DNA of 6,245 nt from a virus (taxonomy: Duplodnaviria; Heunggongvirae; Uroviricota; Caudoviricetes), in the IMG/VR virus record IMGVR_UViG_2802429253_000001, positions 1-6,245 of that record; one strand, 5' to 3'. The position numbers and the translations under genes are program-made. The notes under the pieces are model-generated. The model did no database searches. It was not told where the DNA came from and was given only the letters and a program-made list of their open reading frames with translations. Below are positions 1 to 6,245 of the stretch, one piece after another; the stretch's first letter is position 1; the number at the start of each line of letters is the position of its first letter.

Positions 1-1
1 C

Positions 2-148
2 CATATTCCTGAACAACTGAGCAAACGAGAGAGGTATACCGACAAATGGCAGCGACGCACACACTCCCTCTGGCGTCACCGGGCATGGCACGCATCTGCC
101 TTTACGGGGATTTGCAACGATTTGGCCGCCGCATCGACCTTCGTGTGA
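2..148 (+). CDS. K: 3' end of tail-tip assembly protein K gene (partial, 5' end outside window). Frame 2 is open from the window edge to TGA at 146-148 and overlaps the start of I by 103 nt.
   Basis: Reading frame starting at nt 2 is uninterrupted to the TGA at 146-148. The 103-nt overlap with the I start at 46 matches the lambda K/I overlap as I recall it. The 48 visible codons are too few to identify by sequence alone. Confidence 0.6.
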   Translation, partial: HIPEQLSKRERYTDKWQRRTHSLWRHRAWHASAFTGICNDLAAASTFV

Positions 149-687
149 AAACGGGGGCTGAAGCCATCCGGGCACTGGCCACACAGCTCCCGGCATTTCG
201 TCAGAAACTGAATGAGGGCTGGTATCAGGTGCGCATTGCCGGGCGTGATGCAGGAGAAACCGAATTATCATCCCGTCTTAATGAGCCGCTGGCAAATGGT
301 GCCGTGATCCACATCGTGCCGCGTCTTGCGGGAGCAAAAAGTGGCGGTGTGTTTCAGGCGGTGCTGGGTGCGGCGTTGATTGCTACGGCAATCTGGATGC
401 CGGGGATCAGTATCGCTTTCAGTGACATTCTCTTTTCAATGGGTGCGGCGATGACGCTTGGCGGTGTTGCACAGATGCTGGCACCGAAAGCGAGTACCGC
501 AACAACGACCAGCACGGATAACGGAAAGCAGAACACCTATTTCTCCTCACTGGATAACATGGTTGCCCAGGGCAATGTCCTGCCCGTTCTGTTCGGTGAA
601 ATGCGCGTGGGGTCACGTGTGGTTTCTCAGGAGATCAGTACAGCTGATGAAGGTGATGGTGGTGAAATCGTGGTGATTGGTCGCTGA
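46..687 (+). CDS. I: Tail assembly protein I (lambda gpI family), 213 aa
   Basis: ATG at 46, TGA at 685-687. The N-terminus MAATHTLPLASPGMARICLYGDLQRFGRRIDLRVKTGAEAIRALATQLPAFRQKL and C-terminus DNGKQNTYFSSLDNMVAQGNVLPV..GEMRVGSRVVSQEISTADEGDGG..VVIGR match lambda gpI as I remember it, with a hydrophobic central segment. Position immediately upstream of J. Confidence 0.9.
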   Translation: MAATHTLPLASPGMARICLYGDLQRFGRRIDLRVKTGAEAIRALATQLPAFRQKLNEGWYQVRIAGRDAGETELSSRLNEPLANGAVIHIVPRLAGAKSGGVFQAVLGAALIATAIWMPGISIAFSDILFSMGAAMTLGGVAQMLAPKASTATTTSTDNGKQNTYFSSLDNMVAQGNVLPVLFGEMRVGSRVVSQEISTADEGDGGEIVVIGR

Positions 688-705
688 TGTAACATGTTTT
701 ATGTG

Positions 706-726
706 AAACCGCCTGCGGGCGGTTTT
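706..726 (+). promoter_or_regulatory. Hairpin in the I-J spacer (8-bp stem AAACCGCC/GGCGGTTT, 4-nt loop TGCG, short T tract); possible attenuator or RNA-stability element
   Basis: Read directly: 706-713 AAACCGCC pairs with 718-725 GGCGGTTT. The only T run is TTTT at 723-726, which overlaps the stem, so a true intrinsic terminator is doubtful. Confidence 0.35.
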
Positions 727-747
727 GTCGTTTATGGAGCATGAGGT

Positions 748-3700
748 ATGGGTAAAGGTAGCAGTAAGGGGCATACCCCGCGCGAAGCGAAGGACAACCT
801 GAAATCCACGCAGTTGCTGAGTGTGATCGATGTCATCAGCGAAGGGCCGATTGAAGGTCCGGGGGATGGATTAAAAAGCGTGCTGCTGAACAGTACGCCG
901 GTGCTGGACAGTGAGGGGAATACCAATATCTCCGGCGTCACGGTGGTGTTCCGGGCAGGTGAGCAGGAGCAGACACCGCCGGAGGGATTTGAATCCTCCG
1001 GCTCCGAGACGGTGCTGGGTACGGAAGTGAAATATGACACGCCGATCACCCGGACCATCACGTCGGCAAACATTGACCGTCTGCGTTTTACTTTCGGCGT
1101 GCAGGCACTGGTGGAAACTACCTCAAAGGGTGACCGGAATCCGTCGGAAGTCCGCCTGCTGGTTCAGATACAACGTAACGGTGGCTGGGTGACGGAAAAA
1201 GACATCACCATTAAGGGCAAAACCACCTCGCAGTATCTGGCCTCGGTGGTGGTGGATAAACTGCCGCCGCGCCCGTTCAATATCCGGATGCGCAGGATGA
1301 CGCCGGACAGCACCACAGACCAGCTGCAGAACAAAACGCTCTGGTCGTCATACACCGAAATCATCGATGTGAAACAGTGCTACCCGAACACGGCACTGGT
1401 CGGCGTGCAGGTGGATTCGGAGCAGTTCGGCAGCCAGCAGGTGAGCCGTAATTATCATCTTCGCGGGCGCATTCTGCAGGTGCCGTCGAACTATAACCCG
1501 CAGACGCGGCAATACAGCGGTATCTGGGACGGAACGTTTAAGCCAGCATACAGCGACAATATGGCCTGGTGTCTGTGGGATATGCTGACCCACCCGCGCT
1601 ACGGCATGGGGAAACGTCTTGGTGCGGCGGATGTGGATAAATGGGCGTTGTATGTCATCGGCCAGTATTGCGATCAGTCAGTGCCGGATGGCTTTGGTGG
1701 CACGGAGCCGCGCATCACCTGTAACGCTTACCTGACCACACAGCGTAAGGCGTGGGATGTTCTCAGTGATTTCTGCTCGGCGATGCGCTGTATGCCGGTA
1801 TGGAACGGGCAGACGCTGACGTTCGTGCAGGACCGACCGTCGGATAAGGTGTGGACCTATAACCGCAGTAATGTGGTGATGCCGGATGATGGCGCGCCGT
1901 TCCGCTACAGCTTCAGCGCCCTGAAGGACCGCCATAATGCCGTTGAGGTGAACTGGATTGACCCGGATAACGGCTGGGAGACGGCGACAGAGCTTGTGGA
2001 GGACACGCAGGCCATTGCCCGTTACGGTCGTAACGTCACGAAGATGGATGCCTTTGGCTGTACCAGCCGGGGGCAGGCACATCGCGCCGGGCTGTGGCTG
2101 ATTAAAACGGAACTGCTGGAAACGCAGACCGTGGACTTCAGCGTGGGTGCCGAAGGGCTTCGCCATGTACCGGGTGATGTCATTGAAATCTGTGATGATG
2201 ACTATGCGGGGATCAGCATCGGCGGGCGCGTGCTGGCGGTGAACAGCCAGACGCGGACACTGACGCTCGACCGTGAAATCACGCTGCCATCCTCCGGCAC
2301 CACGCTGATAAGCCTGGTTGACGGACAGGGGAATCCGGTCAGCGTGGAGGTCCAGTCCGTCACCGACGGCGTGAAGGTGAAAGTGAGCCGGGTTCCTGAC
2401 GGCGTTGCCGAGTACAGCGTGTGGGGGCTGAAGCTGCCGACGCTGCGCCAGCGCCTGTTCCGCTGTGTGAGTATCCGTGAGAACGATGACGGTACGTATG
2501 CCATCACTGCCGTGCAGCATGTACCGGAGAAAGAAGCCATCGTGGATAACGGGGCGCACTTTGACGGCGACCAGAGCGGCACGGTGAATGGTGTCACGCC
2601 GCCAGCAGTGCAGCACCTGACCGCAGAAGTCACCGCAGACAGCGGGGAATACCAGGTGCTGGCGCGCTGGGACACGCCGAAGGTGGTGAAGGGGGGGAGC
2701 TTTATGCTTCGCCTGACCGTGGCAGCGGATGACGGCAGTGAGCGGCTGGTCAGCACGGCCCGGACGACGGAAACCACATACCGCTTCACGCAACTGGCGC
2801 TGGGAAACTACAGGCTGACAGTCCGGGCGGCAAATGCCTGGGGGCAGCAGGGCGATCCGGCATCGGTATCGTTCCGGATTGCCGCACCGGCAGCGCCGTC
2901 TCGGATTGAGCTGACACCTGGCTATTTTCAGATAACCGCCACGCCCCATCTTGCCGTTTATGATCCGACGGTACAGTTTGAGTTCTGGTTCTCGGAAAAG
3001 CGGATTGCGGATATCAGGCAGGTTGAAACCACAGCCCGCTATCTTGGCACGGCGCTGTACTGGATAGCTGCCAGTATCAATATTAAGCCGGACCATGATT
3101 ATTATTTTTACATTCGCAGTGTGAACACCGTTGGCAAATCGGCATTCGTGGAGGCTGTCGGTCGGGCGAGCGATGATGCGGAAGGTTACCTGGATTTTTT
3201 CAAAGGCCAGATAACTGAATCCCATCTCGGCAAGGAGTTGCTGGAAAAAGTCGACCTGACAGAGGATAACGCCAGCAGACTGGATCAGTTTTCGAAAGAG
3301 TGGAAGGACGCCAACGATAAGTGGAATGCCATGTGGGGCGTCAAAATTGAGCAGACCGAAGACGGTAAGCATTATGTCGCGGGGCTTGGCCTCAGCATGG
3401 AGGATACAGAGGAAGGCAAACTGAGCCAGTTCCTGGTTGCCGCTAACCGTATCGCGTTTATTGACCCGGCAAACGGGAATGAAACGCCGATGTTTGTTGC
3501 GCAGGGCAACCAGATATTCATGAACGAAGTGTTCCTGAAGTATCTGACGGCTCCCACCATTACCAGCGGCGGCAATCCTCCGGTATTTTCCCTGACACCG
3601 GACGGGCGGCTGACGGCGAAAAATGCGGATATCAGCGGTAACGTGAACGCGAACTCCGGGACGCTCAACAACGTCACGGTAAATGAAAACTGTACGATTA

Positions 3701-4161
3701 AGGGCATGCTGGAGGCGAACCAGGTCAGAGGTGACTTCGTTAAAACTGTCTCCAAATCATTCCCGAAACAGGCTGGTACGTGGGGTAACACGGAAACACC
3801 AAACGGGACGGTTACAGTCACCATTTACGATGATCATAACTTTGACCGCCAGATTATTATTCCGCCCATTATTTTTAACGGTGTGGCGTATGACGATCCG
3901 GGGAGCGGTAATAACCCGGGAGGTACGCGATACACGGGTTATGGTTTTGAAGTTCGCAAAAACGGCGTATTAATCGCATCCAGAGAAACTAAAGGAGCCA
4001 TTCCCGGTAGTTACAGTGCGGTTATTGATATGCCGAGTGGTGGTGGTAGCGTCACTCTGGAGTTTAAGATTTTCCAGAAAGGCAATCAGGGCGCAGGTAA
4101 CATCACAGACTGTACGGTGATTGTGACCAAAAAAGCTGCTTCCGGTATCAGTATTAGTTGA
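748..4161 (+). CDS. J: Central tail fibre / host specificity protein J (lambda gpJ family), 1137 aa
   Basis: ATG at 748 preceded by GGAG at 737-740 (7-nt spacing); TGA at 4159-4161. N-terminus [28 protein letters not shown] and most of the body are near-identical to lambda gpJ (1132 aa) as I recall it. Lambda gene order is preserved. Confidence 0.95.
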   Translation: MGKGSSKGHTPREAKDNLKSTQLLSVIDVISEGPIEGPGDGLKSVLLNSTPVLDSEGNTNISGVTVVFRAGEQEQTPPEGFESSGSETVLGTEVKYDTPITRTITSANIDRLRFTFGVQALVETTSKGDRNPSEVRLLVQIQRNGGWVTEKDITIKGKTTSQYLASVVVDKLPPRPFNIRMRRMTPDSTTDQLQNKTLWSSYTEIIDVKQCYPNTALVGVQVDSEQFGSQQVSRNYHLRGRILQVPSNYNPQTRQYSGIWDGTFKPAYSDNMAWCLWDMLTHPRYGMGKRLGAADVDKWALYVIGQYCDQSVPDGFGGTEPRITCNAYLTTQRKAWDVLSDFCSAMRCMPVWNGQTLTFVQDRPSDKVWTYNRSNVVMPDDGAPFRYSFSALKDRHNAVEVNWIDPDNGWETATELVEDTQAIARYGRNVTKMDAFGCTSRGQAHRAGLWLIKTELLETQTVDFSVGAEGLRHVPGDVIEICDDDYAGISIGGRVLAVNSQTRTLTLDREITLPSSGTTLISLVDGQGNPVSVEVQSVTDGVKVKVSRVPDGVAEYSVWGLKLPTLRQRLFRCVSIRENDDGTYAITAVQHVPEKEAIVDNGAHFDGDQSGTVNGVTPPAVQHLTAEVTADSGEYQVLARWDTPKVVKGGSFMLRLTVAADDGSERLVSTARTTETTYRFTQLALGNYRLTVRAANAWGQQGDPASVSFRIAAPAAPSRIELTPGYFQITATPHLAVYDPTVQFEFWFSEKRIADIRQVETTARYLGTALYWIAASINIKPDHDYYFYIRSVNTVGKSAFVEAVGRASDDAEGYLDFFKGQITESHLGKELLEKVDLTEDNASRLDQFSKEWKDANDKWNAMWGVKIEQTEDGKHYVAGLGLSMEDTEEGKLSQFLVAANRIAFIDPANGNETPMFVAQGNQIFMNEVFLKYLTAPTITSGGNPPVFSLTPDGRLTAKNADISGNVNANSGTLNNVTVNENCTIKGMLEANQVRGDFVKTVSKSFPKQAGTWGNTETPNGTVTVTIYDDHNFDRQIIIPPIIFNGVAYDDPGSGNNPGGTRYTGYGFEVRKNGVLIASRETKGAIPGSYSAVIDMPSGGGSVTLEFKIFQKGNQGAGNITDCTVIVTKKAASGISIS

Positions 4162-4178
4162 ATTTTATAACCCCAATA

Positions 4179-4207
4179 CGGGCGCCAGAAATGGCGCCTT
4201 TTTTATT
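4179..4207 (+). terminator. Rho-independent terminator downstream of J (tJ-like)
   Basis: GGCGCC (4181-4186), loop AGAAAT, GGCGCC (4193-4198), then a T-rich run at 4199-4207 (TTTTTTATT). Confidence 0.65.
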
Positions 4208-4228
4208 GCAGAAAAGCGAGAGGTAATT

Positions 4229-4828
4229 ATGCGTAAATTATGTGCTGTTATTCTGTCTGCAGTAGTCTGGCTGGTCGCCGCTGGTACGCCAGCGAGCGCA
4301 GCAGAGCATCAGTCCACACTAAGCGGCGGGTATCTTCAGTCCCATACTGATATGCCCGGCAACGATGACCTGAAGGGCATTAACGTGAAATACCGTTATG
4401 AATTTACGGACACGCTGGGGCTGGTGACGTCATTCAGCTATGCAGGAGACAAGAATCGCCAGCTTACCCGTTACAGCGATACCCGCTGGCATGAGGATTC
4501 CGTGCGTAACCGCTGGTTCAGCATGATGGCGGGGCCGTCTGTACGCGTGAATGAATGGTTCAGTGCTTATGCGATGGCAGGTGTGGCTTACAGCCGTGTT
4601 TCGACGTTCTCCGGGGATTATCTCCGCGTAACTGACAACAAGGGGAAAACGCACGATGTGCTGACCGGGAGTGATGGCGGTCGCCACAGCAACACGTCTC
4701 TGGCGTGGGGGGCTGGCGTGCAGTTTAACCCGACCGAATCCGTGGCCATTGACCTTGCTTATGAGGGTTCCGGCAGTGGCGACTGGCGCACTGACGGTTT
4801 CATCGTGGGTGTCGGTTATAAATTCTGA
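4229..4828 (+). CDS. lom: Outer membrane protein Lom (Ail/Lom/PagC family beta-barrel), 199 aa with N-terminal Sec signal peptide
   Basis: ATG at 4229 preceded by GAGAGG; TGA at 4826-4828. Signal-peptide-like N-terminus [24 protein letters not shown]. Body ([48 protein letters not shown]...[10 protein letters not shown]) is near-identical to lambda Lom as I recall it, and ends in the aromatic residue typical of outer-membrane beta-barrels. Position between J and stf as in lambda. Confidence 0.95.
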   Translation: MRKLCAVILSAVVWLVAAGTPASAAEHQSTLSGGYLQSHTDMPGNDDLKGINVKYRYEFTDTLGLVTSFSYAGDKNRQLTRYSDTRWHEDSVRNRWFSMMAGPSVRVNEWFSAYAMAGVAYSRVSTFSGDYLRVTDNKGKTHDVLTGSDGGRHSNTSLAWGAGVQFNPTESVAIDLAYEGSGSGDWRTDGFIVGVGYKF

Positions 4829-4854
4829 TTAGCCAGGTAACACAGTGTTATGAC

Positions 4855-4881
4855 AGCCCGCAGATTCTGGCGGGCTTTTTT
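4855..4881 (+). terminator. Rho-independent terminator downstream of lom
   Basis: AGCCCGC (4855-4861), 8-nt loop AGATTCTG, GCGGGCT (4870-4876), followed by TTTTTT (4876-4881). Confidence 0.7.
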
Positions 4882-4892
4882 GTGGAGTGGAT

Positions 4893-6158
4893 ATGGCAGC
4901 AGTAAAAATCTCAGGTGTGCTGAAAGATGGTGCGGGAAAACCAATACAGAACTGCACTATTCAACTGAAGGCAAAGCGTAACAGCACCACGGTACTGGTG
5001 AACACGGTGGCCTCTGAAAATCCGGATGAAGCCGGGCGTTACAGTATGGATGTTGAGTATGGCCAGTACAGCGTCATCCTGCTGGTTGAAGGTTTTCCGC
5101 CTTCACATGCCGGAACCATTACCGTCTATGAAGGCTCCAGACCAGGTACGCTGAATGATTTTCTCGGTGCCATGACGGAAGAGGATGTCATGCCGGAGGC
5201 ATTGCGTCGTTTTGAGGCAATGGTGGAAGAAGCGGCACGCAACGCCGAAGCCGCCTCTCAGAGCGCAGCGGCGGCAAAGAAATCCGAAACTGCAGCGGCA
5301 TCATCGAAGAACGCGGCGAAAACCTCAGAAACGAATGCAGCTAACAGCGCACAGGCGGCAGCGGCCTCGCAGACTGCATCGGCAAATTCCGCGACAGCAG
5401 CTAAAAAATCAGAAACCAACGCGAAAAACAGCGAGACAGCCGCAAAGACGAGCGAAACCAACGCAAAGTCCAGCCAGACGGCAGCGAAGATCAGCGAAAC
5501 AAATGCCAAAGCCAGTGAAACTGCGGCGAAAAGCAGTCAGGATGCAGCAGCCGAAAGCGAGAGCGCGGCAGTCGGTTCTGCGACTTCAGCAGCCGGATCA
5601 GCAACTGCTGCGGCTAACAGCCAGCAAGCAGCGAAGACGAGCGAAACTAACGCAAAGTCCAGCCAGACGGCAGCGAAGACCAGCGAAACGAATGCCAAAG
5701 CCAGCGAAACTGCGGCGAAAAACAGTCAGGATGCAGCAGCCGAAAGCGAGAGTGCTGCAGCTGGTTCTGCAACAGCGGCAGCTAATAGCCAAAAAGCTGC
5801 AAAAGCCAGTGAAACTAACGCAAAGACGAGTGAAACAAAAGCAGCAGCCAGCGAGACAGAAGCAACGTCAGCCGCAACAAGAGCAGAGAATGCAGCCCGG
5901 ATTGCAGAAGATGCCGCTGATCCTGCTTCTGTCCCTCCGCTTCCTGATATCTGGCTACCCTTGAATGATTCTCTGGAAGCGATAACAGGGTATGCCCCGG
6001 GCTATAAAACAATAACCATCGGCAGTGATGAAATAACAATGCCTGTTAATGGCATATGCCAATTTAGCCGCGCTTCATCAGCAACGTATATTGATAAGTC
6101 CGGGCATATTACCGTGGCTGAAGCGGCGCACGAAAAACGCGAAAACGTTTCACGATAA
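4893..6158 (+). CDS. stf: Side tail fibre protein (lambda Stf / orf-401-like N-terminal anchor, long heptad-repeat shaft, short divergent C-terminal domain), 421 aa from the ATG
   Basis: ATG at 4893 with GGAG at 4884-4887 (5-nt spacing). The ORF track begins at an in-frame GTG at 4887, which I judge less likely. TAA at 6156-6158. N-terminus MAAVKISGVLKDGAGKPIQNCTIQLKAKRNSTTVLVNTVASENPDEAGRYSMDVEYGQYSVIL closely matches the N-terminus of lambda orf-401/Stf as I recall it. Confidence 0.85.
   Translation: MAAVKISGVLKDGAGKPIQNCTIQLKAKRNSTTVLVNTVASENPDEAGRYSMDVEYGQYSVILLVEGFPPSHAGTITVYEGSRPGTLNDFLGAMTEEDVMPEALRRFEAMVEEAARNAEAASQSAAAAKKSETAAASSKNAAKTSETNAANSAQAAAASQTASANSATAAKKSETNAKNSETAAKTSETNAKSSQTAAKISETNAKASETAAKSSQDAAAESESAAVGSATSAAGSATAAANSQQAAKTSETNAKSSQTAAKTSETNAKASETAAKNSQDAAAESESAAAGSATAAANSQKAAKASETNAKTSETKAAASETEATSAATRAENAARIAEDAADPASVPPLPDIWLPLNDSLEAITGYAPGYKTITIGSDEITMPVNGICQFSRASSATYIDKSGHITVAEAAHEKRENVSR
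5271..5921 (+). repeat. 21-nt periodic coding repeat: 31 consecutive heptads (consensus A-A-K-x-S-E-T / N-A-K-x-S-x-T) inside the side tail fibre gene
   Basis: Translation of residues 129-345 (track numbering) divides into 31 heptads with no stutter: AAKKSET AAASSKN AAKTSET NAANSAQ ... RAENAAR IAEDAAD. Confidence 0.85.
5439..5795 (+). repeat. Tandem direct duplication inside stf: copy 1 at 5439..5627 (189 bp, 9 heptads), copy 2 at 5628..5795 (168 bp, 8 heptads), with high nucleotide identity
   Basis: Copy 1 encodes AAKTSETNAKSSQTAAKISETNAKASETAAKSSQDAAAESESAAVGSATSAAGSATAAANSQQ. Copy 2 encodes AAKTSETNAKSSQTAAKTSETNAKASETAAKNSQDAAAESESAAAGSATAAANSQK. The copies differ by one heptad (GSATSAA-like) and a few substitutions. 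Confidence 0.85.
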
Positions 6159-6160
6159 AT

Positions 6161-6180
6161 GCGAAAACTTTACTTTTCGC
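6161..6180 (+). other. AT-rich hairpin just after the stf stop (GCGAAAA / loop CTTTAC / TTTTCGC)
   Basis: Read directly: 6161-6167 pairs with 6174-6180. No following T tract, so probably not a terminator on its own. Confidence 0.3.
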
Positions 6181-6193
6181 GCTTCAAACGAAA

Positions 6194-6218
6194 CAGCGGC
6201 ATTGGCCGCTGCTTTTTT
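6194..6218 (+). terminator. Strong rho-independent terminator downstream of stf
   Basis: CAGCGGC (6194-6200), loop ATTG, GCCGCTG (6205-6211), then C and TTTTTT (6213-6218). Confidence 0.75.
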
Positions 6219-6245
6219 ATTCATTAAGTGGAATCACTTCGGGTA

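Noticed and set aside
354-676. Small ORFs overlapping I (354..536 -, 419..616 -, 458..676 +)
   Set aside because: All lie within the I coding region in other frames, with no start context or recognisable features. Treated as chance ORFs.
732-1593. Minus-strand ORFs of 66-113 aa overlapping the 5' part of J (732..1073, 1164..1364, 1348..1593)
   Set aside because: Antisense to a strongly supported J frame, with low-complexity Ser/Pro/Arg-rich translations and no ribosome-binding sites.
1678-3372. 564-aa antisense ORF on the minus strand, entirely inside J
   Set aside because: It lies opposite a well-supported, lambda-like J coding frame. Its translation is Arg/His/Pro/Cys-rich and low-complexity, with no recognisable domain. 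Long open antisense frames are expected by chance opposite GC-rich coding sequence. The nested minus-strand ORFs at 2202..2789 and 3372..3824 are rejected for the same reason.
3683-3973. 96-aa + strand alternate-frame ORF inside the 3' end of J
   Set aside because: It overlaps the supported J frame in another phase and is Arg-rich and low-complexity. No evidence for an embedded gene.
4430-4687. 85-aa minus-strand ORF inside lom
   Set aside because: Antisense to a well-supported lom frame, with no start context or recognisable features.
4887-4892. GTG at 4887 as the stf start (as in the ORF track, giving MDMAAVK...)
   Set aside because: The ATG at 4893 has better spacing from the GGAG at 4884-4887 and gives MAAVKISGVL, matching the lambda Stf N-terminus as I recall it. 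The GTG would sit inside the ribosome-binding site.
5185-5964. 259-aa + strand alternate-frame ORF, extremely basic (R/K/Q-rich), inside stf
   Set aside because: It is the +1 frame of the 21-nt periodic heptad repeat, so the repeat itself keeps the alternate frame open. There is no ribosome-binding site and the composition is not protein-like. The minus-strand ORFs at 5258..5509, 5598..5792 and 5815..6039 are the same artefact.
1-6245. Possibility of a defence or other novel multi-gene system in the window
   Set aside because: Every substantial ORF is accounted for by lambda-like tail genes (K, I, J, lom, stf) in canonical order and spacing. There are no extra ORFs, nuclease/ATPase/toxin-like products, CRISPR repeats or integrase. 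Any cargo is more likely to lie beyond the terminator at 6194-6218, outside the window.

Overview
This window is the tail-tip end of the late operon of a lambda-like (lambdoid) siphovirus or prophage, almost certainly from an E. coli-like enterobacterial host. All genes are on the + strand, in lambda order: the 3' end of tail-tip assembly gene K (to 148), I (46..687), the central tail fibre / host-specificity gene J (748..4161), the outer-membrane moron lom (4229..4828, flanked by intrinsic terminators) and a side-tail-fibre (stf-like) gene (4893..6158) ending at a strong terminator. Gene spacing matches lambda as I recall it (K/I overlap 103 nt, I-J spacer 60 nt, lom-stf spacer 64 nt). Identifications rest on my recollection of lambda K/I/J/Lom/Stf sequences and on synteny; no database search was run. 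I see no defence system, toxin-antitoxin pair, CRISPR array, tRNA or integrase here, and I do not think the window contains a novel multi-gene system. The points worth follow-up are modular: (1) the last ~150-170 codons of J are AT-richer and appear diverged from lambda J, suggesting a swapped receptor-binding domain; (2) lom is a terminator-insulated moron; (3) the stf-like gene has 31 uninterrupted heptads (21-nt periodicity) containing a ~190-bp tandem duplication; (4) that gene ends in a short, AT-richer C-terminal domain that looks unlike lambda Stf, followed by a strong terminator, which looks like a module boundary. The long antisense and alternate-frame ORFs in the track are judged to be artefacts.
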